A stretch of DNA of 64,000 bases from Rhizodiscina lignyota (lineage: Eukaryota): the NCBI GenBank assembly GCA_010015805.1, contig ML978125.1:1488001-1552000 (forward strand). The letters are read 5' to 3'. Under the pieces are notes generated by a model that searched no databases, was not told the origin of the DNA, and saw only the letters and a list, made by a program, of their open reading frames with translations. The first letter of the stretch is position 1, and the number at the start of each line of letters is the position of its first letter. Shown here one piece after another: positions 25,101-36,483 of the stretch. The position numbers were made by a program, and so were the translations under genes.

Positions 25101-27094
25101 AAAGCGCTTCCAGCGATCCTGATCTGCTGGCTGTACAGGCTCAAATCAACTTTCGCATTCGAAGTGTCTAAAGTGACCTCGTTGTCCAGATCATAAGAAC
25201 CACTGTATGCATTCATGATCTCTTCTGCGGTAACCGGGCAGTCGGCCAGTAGCGTGTACGTCAAAGCTGTACACAACACATCCAAATAATTCGGTGCAAG
25301 CTGTTTGATGGCCTGGATATATGCTTCATTGACACCTTCCGGTAGCTGGGCCAACCGCTTAGAAAGCGGACGCTGCCATGGCTGCGCTAAGAAGGGAAGG
25401 GCAACCTGTGCAACATATTTGAACGATGCGCCAGCCTTTTCAAGGACCACTTTTCTCGCCTCTTCTCTCTCTGCATCTGACCAACCCGGATAGCTGTTCA
25501 GCTTGACCTTGATTGTCGTATCAATGTCATCTCTGTTGTGCTCGTGCATTGCGATAGCTGGAAATGCTTCCTTGAGAATGCGATCGTAGAATGGTCCATC
25601 TGAGCGACGACAGGAGACAACGATTTTGACATGGCTATCAGGAGCGCCGACCACTGAGCAGAGGCTTTCTGCCAAGGTTGTCTGATCTTTTTCCGAGAGT
25701 CGGTCAACCGAATCCAGCACGAAAATGAACTTCCGATTCAGAATGTCCGCGAGAGTTCCAATCGCCTCATCGAGTTCCGGAAGTTCGTCCTTTTTGGCCT
25801 TGCTAGAAGTGTCGCCTTTGCCGGTCTTGTTGGGAGATGCGCCTTTACTCTTGTCCTTCTTCGGATTCTTGAACAAATCGTTTGCACGTTCAAGGACATT
25901 AGGCGAATCGCTATGGTATGCCATCTCATAGATCTGATAGATGAGCGTGTGGGCAATGTCCTCGTATTTGAGGGATGCGATTCCGCCAGTCTCGCTTCTT
26001 CCGCCAAAGTTTGGATCGCAACTGATGGATTGCACAGTGAAACCATCACCATCGGACTCACTCTCGAGTTTCTTGATCAACGTAGCTAGAAGGTGTGACT
26101 TGCCAGTCCCCTCCTCTCCCCTGATGCTAAGGACTTGATTCTTCTCTGAATGTCGCCATTGCTTGTACTCATCAACATCAAAGATCCATTGGCATGTACC
26201 GTCTTGGATGTCTTCGTAGTACTCATCAAAGCAGCTCCCAGGATCAGAGAGTGGGTCCAATGCCTTCTTGTGCTTTTCGAAATCCGCCCTGGCCCAGTCC
26301 AATCGCGACTTGGGTTTCATGGTGTTTACGAGCTCGTCGATAGAAACCTTCAGTTCACTTTGCATATCCAAGCCGCGTTTGACAAGAACCTCAAGTGCGT
26401 CAAACTTGCCAAAGGTCTCCTTCTGGAACGCGGTCTGCGAGGTTTCAAGAATCTTCGCTTTCAACCCCATGATCGTATCGACCTTTGACTGGAAGATTGT
26501 CAATTCTGCTCCAAATATGTCTTGAAGAGCATGCTTGAAACGGCCAAGCTTTCCAGCCGTCAGGTGCTTGTGAACAGAGAACGAGTATCCGAGGATTGCC
26601 GAATACACCTTGCGGATATTTTCAAACAGTTGCTCGACAATGTCGCTGGTCTTGAAGTCTGAGGATCCGCGTTCATCGTATAGTTTGTCGTACGTCCGAA
26701 TGACGACCATCATGTATGTGATGTCCGACAGCGATGCTCCAAACAGATTGTAGAGCTTGTAGTTGCTCTGAATGGCGTTTAGAACTCCCTTTACTGCAAA
26801 CCAAGCTATACCGACACTTTCAGGAGCACCCTGCATGGCGAAGTTCGTAATGTTGACGAACATATCCATGTTGGACATGATGTTCGCGATGAACGACGTC
26901 GGCACAGTCTTTCCTGCCACCTCTATTTCGCCGTACTTGCGCCTCGACTCTGACTGCAACATTTGACAGCTGTCTCGCACATCTTCGTAGGATGCTTGGT
27001 CCTTGAGAAATTCCTGGATGAAGAGTTCGTCGTAGCCCCTGCCTTTGAGCTCCGCCACGAACGTGTTTCTGCCTTCCTCCCAAAGAGTCGGCAT
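22165..27094 (-). CDS. NLR-like protein: helical N-terminal domain, NACHT-type NTPase, ankyrin repeats, SPRY
   Basis: Walker A GEEGTGKS and Walker B FIFVLDSVD. Ankyrin repeats (GCTALHRAA, GETALH, GRTALIEAA, GRTPFFAAC, GRNALHAAS). SPRY motifs YYFEIKI, WGYHGDDG, GDVVGIG, GRLFPIVG. Two introns (approx. 24828..24885 and 23766..23815) join three ORFs in frame. Confidence 0.88.
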
Positions 27095-28312
27095 AGTCTA
27101 CGAAGCTGCTATACAGCAGCAAACGCGTGACAACTAGATTATAGAAAGAAGTACATTTACAGAACGAACGGCCATCAACAGTGCAAGATGTAAATGGGGA
27201 AATGAACAGCCTTGCCATACACAGTTGGCTCGAACGAACAATTAATAGAAAACCTACCTACGCAGAAGGTAACCACATCGATGCACCTCAATATTCATAG
27301 TCTCAGCTTCTCCACGCGTCAGGAGACGCATCACCTGAGCGGCTCCAGAGATTACCAATTAAGAACTTCAATCTTGGCCGGTGAAGGCAAAAGGTAGGGT
27401 TGGGGCCAGGTGGAGAGAGCAGATTGCATGTCTCCATAATTGCAACAATAGAAGTTGCATAGGCCAGCCAGGGACCTCTTAACGAGCGAGATTAAGTTTA
27501 ACCAGCGAGCGGTAGTGTCGGAGGACTGCAGGATTCGAGGTATCAGTTCCGCTCCCTGTAAGGCAGAAAGGGAGATGGCAGACAAGCAATGAAATGAGCC
27601 CTATCAAAGACGCGTTAGCAACAGACCCCTATTATTAAACCAACCCTGAGGCTCGAAGGATAGGGTAGCCTTGTGTTACAGCTGAACGCCATGGCGTCCA
27701 TTGTGCATGATCAAGGAATCGGGCATGCAGTGAAAAAGCGTCCGAAGCCTCCATTTTCCTTTGCGAGAATACGAAAAGTTGATGTTGTGGTTCGGTCCGA
27801 ACATTCTTGAGGATGTCTGCTAGCATGGGTGCATTGCGGGTGGTCCATTGGGAGCTCCGTGCCCAAACTTAGGTACGGGGCCACCCAAGGGCTAGGTGCA
27901 TCAGCGCCTCTTTGGTACGACGGCTTTGCACCAACCAAAACTGAGACAGTTGCTCCATAGTTTGCGTGCGACGAGAGTACAGAGCGCAATACGATAATCG
28001 TCTTATGCAGCATTAGAGAGCAGAGCACATGATCAGAGCAAGCCTAGCACTCCACGCAGCGTCCAACATCGACAAAGTGTCTCGCAGCACATGGGCATGA
28101 CGAAAAGCGCGGGTAGCGGTGCATGCCACCGCGCAAAGCCCATCAGTCACCCAACGCCTTACCTTTTGCGAAGCACCACCGCCGGCCAACGCCCTGCATC
28201 AGCCCAACGCACTGCCAGACGACAAAACCCGCAACAAATGTCCGATCGCGGCAAATAAGCGGGCAAGCACGAAACCCCGATCCAAAGATGAGAGCTCAAC
28301 CCGCGGCAAACG

Positions 28313-30010
28313 ATGGTCGACTCCCTCAGGCCATTGTCGCGCGCTGGCCGATCAACGAGACTGCATCCCCATCCCGCTGACGCTCCTCCTGAACCCACCA
28401 CGCGCGAACACAAACCCCCGACCGCGACCGCTGGCAGCAAGGCGGCGCGAGCGAACAACCACACACACAGCGACACGCCGGCGCGCGCGACGCGATCGCA
28501 CAAGATCGAGAGACCGGTGCAGAACGGGGTGGAAAAGAGGGTGCTGAGGGCAGATAATACTGTCGCGGGTCGTAAACGCACGCGGGCTCACACAGCCACG
28601 GAGCACGATGGTCGTGGAGGCCTGGAGAAGAGAGCGCCGATCAAGCACGAGCACGCGGTCGTACAGAAGCAGGGAGTAGCGCAGAAGCCTCCGCCTGCAA
28701 ACGGTATTCACGCACCGCGCAAGTCTGATAAAGAGCTGGAGGTGAAGTTCGTGCAAGGCGGTGTTGCTGCACCGCCGAAGCAGCAGAATGGGGCACCGAC
28801 CGCACCAGCGTCAACAACAACGGTGCAGACTGGAGGCGCAAACAACCAGGACAAGCGCACTCTGAGGTCACAAGATGGTGCGTCACGACTTAAAAGTGAT
28901 CTTGCGATCTATTTCCCCAATTTCGACGACATCATCAACGATGTTCCCCCAGAGCCAGAGTTCCTAGGCATCGAGACCCCTGTGCTCGTCGTCGACGAGC
29001 CGATCAAGAGCAACAATGCCTCTCCGCAAGATCTTCCAACGCGTAATAAGGGTGGTAGTAGTGAGAAGGGTCCCGTTAGCCCCAACATGTCGAAGAGCTC
29101 TCGGCGTGTCTCCATAAACGGTGCGACAACTGCTCAAGCCTCATCGATGGCAGCAGACTCTCTACAATTCAACGGTACACAAACCCTTGATCTTGAATCC
29201 TTAAGCCGGAAACTCTCCGTCGCCTCTTCAGCCTCCTCATCGCAAACGGATCCTCTTTCCGACAGCGTCTATTTCAAAGCACACCGTCGCGCCGAACGTA
29301 AGGAGAAGCAGCTGCGCAACATCGAGAAGGAGCGGGCACAGCATGAGAAGGTCCAACTGGAGGGGTTGCTAGAAGGACTGCAAGGCCCGGACTGGTTGAA
29401 AGTTATGGGTATAACAGCGATTACTGATGGTGAGAAGAAGGAATGGGAGGGCAAGAGACAGTACTTCATACGAGAAGTAGATGCTCTGTTGGACAAGTTC
29501 CGGTTATGGAGGGAGGAGGAGAAGCGATTGAAGGCAGAGAGGGAAGAGAAAAGGCTCGCTGAAGAAGAGGAGGAGGAAGAGGAAGAGGAAGAGGAGGAGG
29601 ACGTGGCAGACGAAGACGAGGAGGAGCAAGATGTAGCGAGCACCGGACCCAACTCTAGCGATCTGGACGCTTCTGCTGCACAGCAACTACTCCTTGAAGC
29701 GAGCATTTCGAGAAAGCGGCCGCCCAAGCCCAAGCTGGCCGAAATCAAGAAGCCTCCGCCTGACACGCCCTTCACCTCGTTCTACTCCAAGCCATATCTG
29801 CGTGCACAGGCCCTCGGAAAGACTAGGCATGGCAGAAGCGAACTCGCATTTGGCGTGCCACTTCCTGAGTTTCCCGAAGAAGATTTCGAGTTGCCCGAGG
29901 ACTTTATGACGCCGGAGGCAATGAACGCGCATGCACGAAAGAGGAGAAAGAAACGGAGGGAGAGTGCGGTTGAGAAGGCGGAGCATGGTAAGGGTAAGAG
30001 TAAGGTGTGA
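28313..30010 (+). CDS. SAS4: Something-about-silencing protein 4 (SAS acetyltransferase complex subunit)
   Basis: Core reads DPLSDSVYFKAHRRAERKEKQLRNIEKERAQHEK..LQGPDWLKVMGI. C-terminal PFTSFYSKP and AFGVPLP motifs. Confidence 0.8.
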   Translation: MVDSLRPLSRAGRSTRLHPHPADAPPEPTTREHKPPTATAGSKAARANNHTHSDTPARATRSHKIERPVQNGVEKRVLRADNTVAGRKRTRAHTATEHDGRGGLEKRAPIKHEHAVVQKQGVAQKPPPANGIHAPRKSDKELEVKFVQGGVAAPPKQQNGAPTAPASTTTVQTGGANNQDKRTLRSQDGASRLKSDLAIYFPNFDDIINDVPPEPEFLGIETPVLVVDEPIKSNNASPQDLPTRNKGGSSEKGPVSPNMSKSSRRVSINGATTAQASSMAADSLQFNGTQTLDLESLSRKLSVASSASSSQTDPLSDSVYFKAHRRAERKEKQLRNIEKERAQHEKVQLEGLLEGLQGPDWLKVMGITAITDGEKKEWEGKRQYFIREVDALLDKFRLWREEEKRLKAEREEKRLAEEEEEEEEEEEEEDVADEDEEEQDVASTGPNSSDLDASAAQQLLLEASISRKRPPKPKLAEIKKPPPDTPFTSFYSKPYLRAQALGKTRHGRSELAFGVPLPEFPEEDFELPEDFMTPEAMNAHARKRRKKRRESAVEKAEHGKGKSKV

Positions 30011-30522
30011 TCAGACGCCATCCTTTCGTCTATGGAGTTCGATGCCATGGCGTTGCGGCGAAGGGGAGTGTGACTGGCACAACGTTATGCTTGCTCAATG
30101 GAGTTGAAAAGCCCGGCGTTGATATTAATGGCACACGGGGTTTCGGCTTCTTCGAGATATCATCTGCTTAGTTGCTGAACGCTGTATCATAGAAATACCC
30201 AGCAAATTCGTCGAACCTTTCATGCAGTCTCTCCTTCGTGATTATTAGAAAAGCATGTACATCTCATACCCTCGCTTCTGTAGAAAACACACGTGTTTGC
30301 CAAGATTCGGGCATTTATTGTCAGTCACGTGATTGACAATATCATCATTTCCCAATACGGCAGAAACCACCGACCTACGAGGCAGCCAATTTCTCGCGAG
30401 CAACACGCCACACGTGGCTAATCTCCGGCAAATTATCGCTCCCGACAAGGTAGTCATTTCATACGGCATTGCAACAAGTACAAACACCATGTCATGTTCA
30501 TTGTCGAGAATGAGCATTCAAG

Positions 30523-32078
30523 ATGAGGCGGGATTATCTCCTTCCCGGTGATATGTTCCTCTGGACATGCCTAGGTATATCCTCACCGGTCCCACATTTT
30601 GCTTGCTTGCCTTCAGTTAACACAGCTATAGGTGTGATCTTCTTCGTTGTTGGCACCGAGGTCGGGCGCACACTGCACAGGCTCGCGGAGCTACCTGAGG
30701 AGGAGGAGGAGCTTCAAGAAGATCTCCCGAAACCGGCGCAGAACAATGATGAGCAGGTGAACGGTGAATTCAACCTACTGAAGTTGTCTCATCTATGACA
30801 CATCCATACTAACAACGATACAGCTATAAGCAACGAGTCACTCGCCCTCCTAGCCACACATCAGAACCCCAATATCCGCAACCCGTAAGCCCTACACCAT
30901 CCTCCCTCTTGGAACTATGACGTCCTCGCTCACAACCTATTAACAGCGCCACACAAATCTTCATCGAACGCTTCCTCGGAAACGACGAAGCCCGCGCGAT
31001 CTTCATCCATGACCTCACCTCCCCCGACACACCGCCAGACATCCGCGAAAAAGCGATCCGCGCTCTCAGGCTTCTCCACCGCTCTGGCTTCGGCGACGAG
31101 ATCCGCGACCTCCTCCGCTTCGCCGAGTTCGGCGACCTCCACGAGCAACACGCGCGCACGCGCAGTCTGGACGCAGGCAGCGACGGCGCGAACGATGGCG
31201 ATACAGACGGCTCAAGAGATGGAAGTGCCGAGGACAGGCTAGACCGCGCGTTCAGCAACGACATAAGGATTGCGCAGCAGCTGCGGGATGAGTTACCTCC
31301 GGGCTGGTCTCACGTGTCCGCGCCGGAGGAAGGGCTACTATCGGCCGATGGGAGATTCGTCCGCGCGCCCGGGCTGCGGAACATATTCTGCAAGATGATG
31401 GCGCTGGTGTATCTGCTCGAGAATGAGGAGTACCAGGCGCTGGAGGCGGAGGAGCAGATACGGCAGATTGCCCGCGCCACTCGGGACAGAGTGGACGGTG
31501 GGGATGCGGATCCAGCGCCGCTGTACCCAGCGAGATTCGACCATCCGGCCGCCGTCGCGCATTCGATCGTGGAATGCGGGTTCCTGGGCAATCGTGCGGC
31601 GGCGATGCTCCGCGCGCGGCTCCTAGGCTCCGGGTTGCGGATGCACGAGCGCCTCGTCATCCAGCAGTTTCTTGGGGAGATAGAGTCGGACGACGCTGCA
31701 GAGGCGGTGGGTGCAGCTCAGGCCAGTCGAGACGTCCAGCAGCAGATGGTGGTGCAATTCATGCTTACCTTCCAACCGCAGTCTCAAGCGGAGGTACAGG
31801 CCCGTCCGCGGCCGCAGGAGGAGAGTGTGGAGGAGGTGGCGAGGAGACGTCGGCGCAGGGAGGCGATGGTGCTGAATGAGGGCGATCGGCCGGTTAGTGA
31901 GAGGGATATCATCCAGAGGAGGAGGACGGATGAGATCCTTAGGGGGATGAGGGCGCAGGGGAGGATTCCGATTGGTGGAGGCGCGAACGGACAAGGTACG
32001 ACGAATGGCGAAGCAAATGCTGGATCGACAGCGGCATGGGGAGGCTTCTGGAGAAGTTTGGCTGTTCGTTGGGGATGA
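30523..32078 (+). CDS. Fungal hypothetical protein with N-terminal hydrophobic segment, multi-exon
   Basis: Short introns (approx. 30575..30625, 30757..30822, 30884..30946) give ISNESLALLATHQNPNIRN..ATQIFIERF running into ORF 31314-32078, which carries EESVEEVARRRRRREAMVLNEG. Confidence 0.6.
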
Positions 32079-32417
32079 GTACGCAGCTTGGAATTGGCGC
32101 ACGAGGTTTGACTTTGTATTGGACGACTGCACGGTTGCATGGCACTGGAGTACGACGGGTGGAATTTTGAAGTTCAGTTGAATTGAGGATAGTTCAAGTC
32201 TCAAACAATGGCAGCAAGTGCTCTCAACAACAAATCGCTTTGCGTATGCTCATGCCGGAATCAATGACGAAACGAACATGGAGATATATGCGCGAAGAGA
32301 AAAGCATCAATCCATGCACCAATGCTTTGCTGAAGGAACAAGAAACCTCGTATCCTGCCAAAAGGGAGCCAATAACGCCATATATTCGTCGCCTCATGCC
32401 AACCACATATACCCCCT

Positions 32418-34055
32418 TCAATCCTTCGCCTCGCGCATCAACATCCCTAATCCCCGCTCCATGGCATCCCTCCCCTCCAGCGTCTTCCACACCTCATGCG
32501 GCGCCTTGCGCACAACCGTCCACTCCAAACACTTGCTCGTAATCTTCGTCAAATCTCGCTGCTTGCGCTCCCACTCGCCGTCTCTCTTCACCTCAATCCC
32601 ACTGCTTACAAGCACGAGCGGCACCTCCTTATCTTGAATCGTCCTCGCGCTCGCAACCTCGTTCTTCGTCAGCGAGTCGGCCACCAGGTTCTCCTGGAGC
32701 TGCGCCTTGATGAACTTCCCGCTCTGATACGCCGAGCGGCCGTACACACGGTCCTCGCGCGTGCGGCCTTGGAAGATGGTGCCCACGAGGCGCGTGATGC
32801 CCAGCGGGCTGATGACGCCCCAGCCCCATAAGACGAAGCCGCGACCTGGGGACGCGATGCGGTGCAAAAGATCTTCATGTAGCGGGTCGATCATCATGAT
32901 GCCCTTGATCCCAGGCCCGTGGTTCGAGCTGAAGATGCGGCTGACGATACTGCCATACCCGGCGGACACAAGCACATACGGCCCGTCTTCACCTGCTCGA
33001 GCCAGTGCTTCGGCTAGAGCGCGCGCAGACATGCCGGCAGAGTGCGGGGAGGGCGCGTTGTCGCTCCATGCGTAGCCTGGACGGTCCCAGTAGCAGTATC
33101 GCTCGATAGTCTTGTTTTGAAACGCGTTATACAGCCAGCCCTCGAAGTCTCTCTCGGACGGGTACTCGCCCGCTTCCAGGATCACGGTGGGGGTGAGTTT
33201 GTAGCCGTCCTTGTCGAACGTGGCGTTACCGAGGCAGTTGAGGTGGACTTCGTATTTCGTGCCGTCGACGTAGTACCGCTCTCCAGGCGGTGCAAGGCTC
33301 GCGTCTCTGGCACGCAGGATCAGCGTTGCCGTCATGAGCACTGCGATTACGATGTATATGGCGAGGATGATGGTCGCGAGGAGAACGGCGAGCCACTCGC
33401 GCAGCGTGCGGCGGTTCTCCGGACGGCCTGTGAGCCGCTCTTCCTCCTCCCGTTTGCCCCATGCCACGATACGGTCGACAGTGGTGCACCACGCTGCAAT
33501 CACAGTGGCGTATACGACGCTCGCTATCCCCACCCATCCTTCCTCCACGCGTATCTTCGACACCGCCAGTATCATGATCATGTCCACAAGCAGTAGCACC
33601 GAGATGACGGCCAACAAGATGCGCATCACCCTGCTGGGCGTGAGGAAGAACAGTAGCGTAACCAGCAGGTTCCCGGCCGTCAGCGTTGTGTAGGAGAAGT
33701 CGAAGAAGCCGCTGCCACGGCTGTGCAGGCCGGGCGGGCTGACGAAGATGCTCACAAGCAGCAGCACCCACCAGAAGAAGGTGAGCATGAACAGGAAGAC
33801 TGTAGTGTAGCGGCTCAGGCGCACCGTCCACAGGTTGTTCGGCGACACGGCCGGGTCGTCGGGGTCGAGGTAGCCATCGTTACGGGGCCGATGTGGAGGA
33901 GGCTGGCGCGGGAGAAGACGCGTGCGCTCTGTAGGTTCGTCATGATGGTCTTGAGATGGACGGGGTGTTTCGTCGGATTCTTGAGGTTGTTGCTGGTCTT
34001 CTTCGGAGGGGTGGCCGTTCTTGCCGTCCTTCTTCGTGGACCAGAGGGAGACCAT
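32418..34055 (-). CDS. Integral membrane protein (approx. 5 TM) fused to a C-terminal alpha/beta-hydrolase fold
   Basis: 545 aa single ORF. GYLDPDDPAVSP.NLW precedes several hydrophobic helices, then VHLNC.G, CYWDRPGYAWSD, VLVSAGYG and APHEVW. Confidence 0.82.
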   Translation of the reverse strand: MVSLWSTKKDGKNGHPSEEDQQQPQESDETPRPSQDHHDEPTERTRLLPRQPPPHRPRNDGYLDPDDPAVSPNNLWTVRLSRYTTVFLFMLTFFWWVLLLVSIFVSPPGLHSRGSGFFDFSYTTLTAGNLLVTLLFFLTPSRVMRILLAVISVLLLVDMIMILAVSKIRVEEGWVGIASVVYATVIAAWCTTVDRIVAWGKREEEERLTGRPENRRTLREWLAVLLATIILAIYIVIAVLMTATLILRARDASLAPPGERYYVDGTKYEVHLNCLGNATFDKDGYKLTPTVILEAGEYPSERDFEGWLYNAFQNKTIERYCYWDRPGYAWSDNAPSPHSAGMSARALAEALARAGEDGPYVLVSAGYGSIVSRIFSSNHGPGIKGIMMIDPLHEDLLHRIASPGRGFVLWGWGVISPLGITRLVGTIFQGRTREDRVYGRSAYQSGKFIKAQLQENLVADSLTKNEVASARTIQDKEVPLVLVSSGIEVKRDGEWERKQRDLTKITSKCLEWTVVRKAPHEVWKTLEGRDAMERGLGMLMREAKD

Positions 34056-34778
34056 TATCGCGGAGCTTTATATGCAGCTCTCAGCGAAGGTGTAGGGAGT
34101 TTAGGACAGGACGAGGCACAAGCGGCTCTGCCCGGGAAATGAGGTGATGTTGACGAAGGCCAAACCCCAAATGCAATTCCACAAGGCGAAAGCAAAAGGA
34201 AAAGAAGACAGGGAAGGAAGGGAATGGTGCAGCAGTGCGCAATCAATTACGCCTTCTGCCTGGTGGTGGTGGAGAGATACCCCGCGACGGAGAGTTGAAG
34301 TCTGGTGATGCATCGTGAGGTCGACGCGGGCTGCGATTGGCGTATGAGGTCATGGAATCGGCACAGGGAGTGGCTGGGATCGGCGCACGGTTCGCAGTCT
34401 AGATCTGGGGGCGCGCTGCACATCACAACATCGCATGTCGAGCGGCACAAAAGCAATCGTTATCGTCAATCGCTGGTGGTGTGGGTCTGCCGCTACTGTG
34501 GGCCAAGCATCCTTTTGAACGTCATGGGAGTGTTAAACAGGGCACTGGGACTTTGTGCTCAGGACTTGTACCGCTAGCACACTGTAAGTTGCATACTTCT
34601 CTATCTCATCAGGCTTTGTTTACCTCTAGCTGCGCTATGTGCGGAAGATTGGTTTGGATGTCATTGGCCTGTTAAACAGGCCTTTGGGATTTGCAATCAA
34701 GTCTCTATAGTCGCCGCGCTGTCTCTCTAATAGAAATGTCAAATCACCTCGCCTGAGCTCAACTCGAGAACAGTGCCT

Positions 34779-34922
34779 AAACACGTAACCCTAACCCTAC
34801 CAACCGATCGAAACACGTTTGGAGTATGTTAGCTAGGGTTACTCAACCCTATCCGCCAACACAAACACCTTTGGAACATGTTGACTTAAGGTTTCGCAAC
34901 CCTAACCATCCACCCCAAACAC
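34779..34922. repeat. Degenerate approx. 53 bp tandem array with telomere-type (TAACCC/TAGGGTT) hairpins
   Basis: AAACAC starts units at approx. 34779, 34811, 34863 and 34917. TAACCCTAACCCTA at 34786-34799. TAGGGTT-ACTC-AACCCTA at 34834-34851. TAAGGTT-TCGC-AACCCTA in the next unit. Confidence 0.65.
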
Positions 34923-35352
34923 TATTGCGCATTTACAACAGCGTATCTTTATCTACAGCCATCTCGTATATGGAGGAATGGTTTGGGCCTGGCCGGAGTA
35001 ACCAGAACACCGCTGGAACCTCGCAACTACTATATGAAATGCTTTGTTGGCGGTGTAGTCTTGATGGGGACCAGTCATCGGCCTCATCTTTCCAGGGTCG
35101 CTACTCTGGTGTAAATACCAGCACGTATGGCATCCATCATTTGCCCTTCTAGATACGTGGCCCAAAAGTCATTCTCACGCGTTGTCGCCCCGCACACATT
35201 GCAAGGTGCGAAGCGTCTCAGATTGGCGATGTGAACTTTATGTAAAGGGGTATTTAAATATCGTTTCTGCTTACCTGGTGTCCTTAGTATCTACACGCAG
35301 AACACGAAGTTGGGTAAAGCGCACGGAGTCCACTAGCGTTGCAGAGAGAATA

Positions 35353-35828
35353 CCGGGATCTAAGCAACAGCACCACTGAAACATGATGATGCTATGGGGT
35401 CACCTCTGCTGATGATGAGCAAGAGCGAAACATAAAGATGCTTGTTGTCAAATAACACGCGGCCGTTTGGCAAAGCGCGTCAGAGATTGTACGGCCGTGC
35501 TGCTGCCGCGAACATTGTAACAGCGGCAACCGTGGCTGAGGATGAGTGGGTAGCGGAGGATGATGAGAACGGAATCAAGTTGGGAGCGCCTGGAAGATAT
35601 AAAGGGTTGAAGTCGAGTTTGCGGCCTTCGCAACATTGATGTTCTTGTGGACCTTCACAAAGGGAAACCGGATATGCATACAACTATTGTCGGCATTGTC
35701 TTGGAGCGAATTCGAACGCATTCGAATCACGGGCCAGGATTTGGACAGTAGCATCACCAGGACATGATACTATAAAGGTATCTCTGATGACAACGAGTAA
35801 GAGCAAAATGCGAAGACGCTTGCTGCCT
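35353..35828. repeat. Approx. 95 bp direct repeat pair (35353-35449 and 35734-35828) diverged mostly by transitions
   Basis: ccgggatctaagcaacagcaccac..gatgagcaagagcgaaac..aagatgcttgttgtc aligns by eye with ccaggatttggacagtagcatcac..aacgagtaagagcaaaat..aagacgcttgctgcc. Confidence 0.65.
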
Positions 35829-36483
35829 TGAAGCTTTAACTAAGCCATTCAAGCCCCACTGATGAAGGGGCTGAAGTACACATTCAGCCGTTAACCAACT
35901 CGCATCCGTCAAATCCTCCAAAGACGCGTATCGCCGACGCGGATGATTATATACATATTAGAGAAATGAAGCTAAACGTACATGCATCAATTAAACCAAA
36001 CCGAGAGAGTCATAACATTCCACATCATAGGAATGAAGACGGAGAGTAAATGGAAAATGGGGGGAAATGTAGCAAGGTGAGTGCAACAAAATCAAAAAGG
36101 GTGCGTTATACTTTCGTTCAATCGTGATCGGTCGTGAGATTATCATCATCAGGTTGTGCATCACGTGCACGGCGTCGACAGAAAAACAGCCCGCCACCCA
36201 TCTAAATCTACGAAAGCGTAGCTATGGATGAGAGCGAGAACCATCAGACCAGAAACGCCGCGCAGAGACCAACAGTACCAGTGACGCTGATAAGCGTGCA
36301 AGAACAGATCTACCGCAAGAGAAAACCTACCCCGATCTGTCTCACGAGACACGTTGAGATACGAAAATGAGGAGAAGGAAGAACCAACAACCAGAGATTA
36401 CAAGGTCGTGGGAGAGTGCAAGGATAATGGAAGTGCAAGGATCACGCAAACATGATGGTACAAGAGAGGAGGATCCATGTAGC

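Noticed and set aside
16100..27200. Interpretation of the accessory block as a Starship element
   Set aside because: No tyrosine-recombinase captain gene, terminal repeats or target-site duplication is visible in the window.
27200..28100. Short ORFs between the NLR-like gene and SAS4
   Set aside because: No motifs, no consistent splice pattern and no codon bias; treated as promoter DNA.
35381..35420. ATGATGA..CTGA as a C/D box snoRNA
   Set aside because: Box spacing is too short, there is no terminal stem or recognisable guide, and the words are explained by the degenerate direct repeat.
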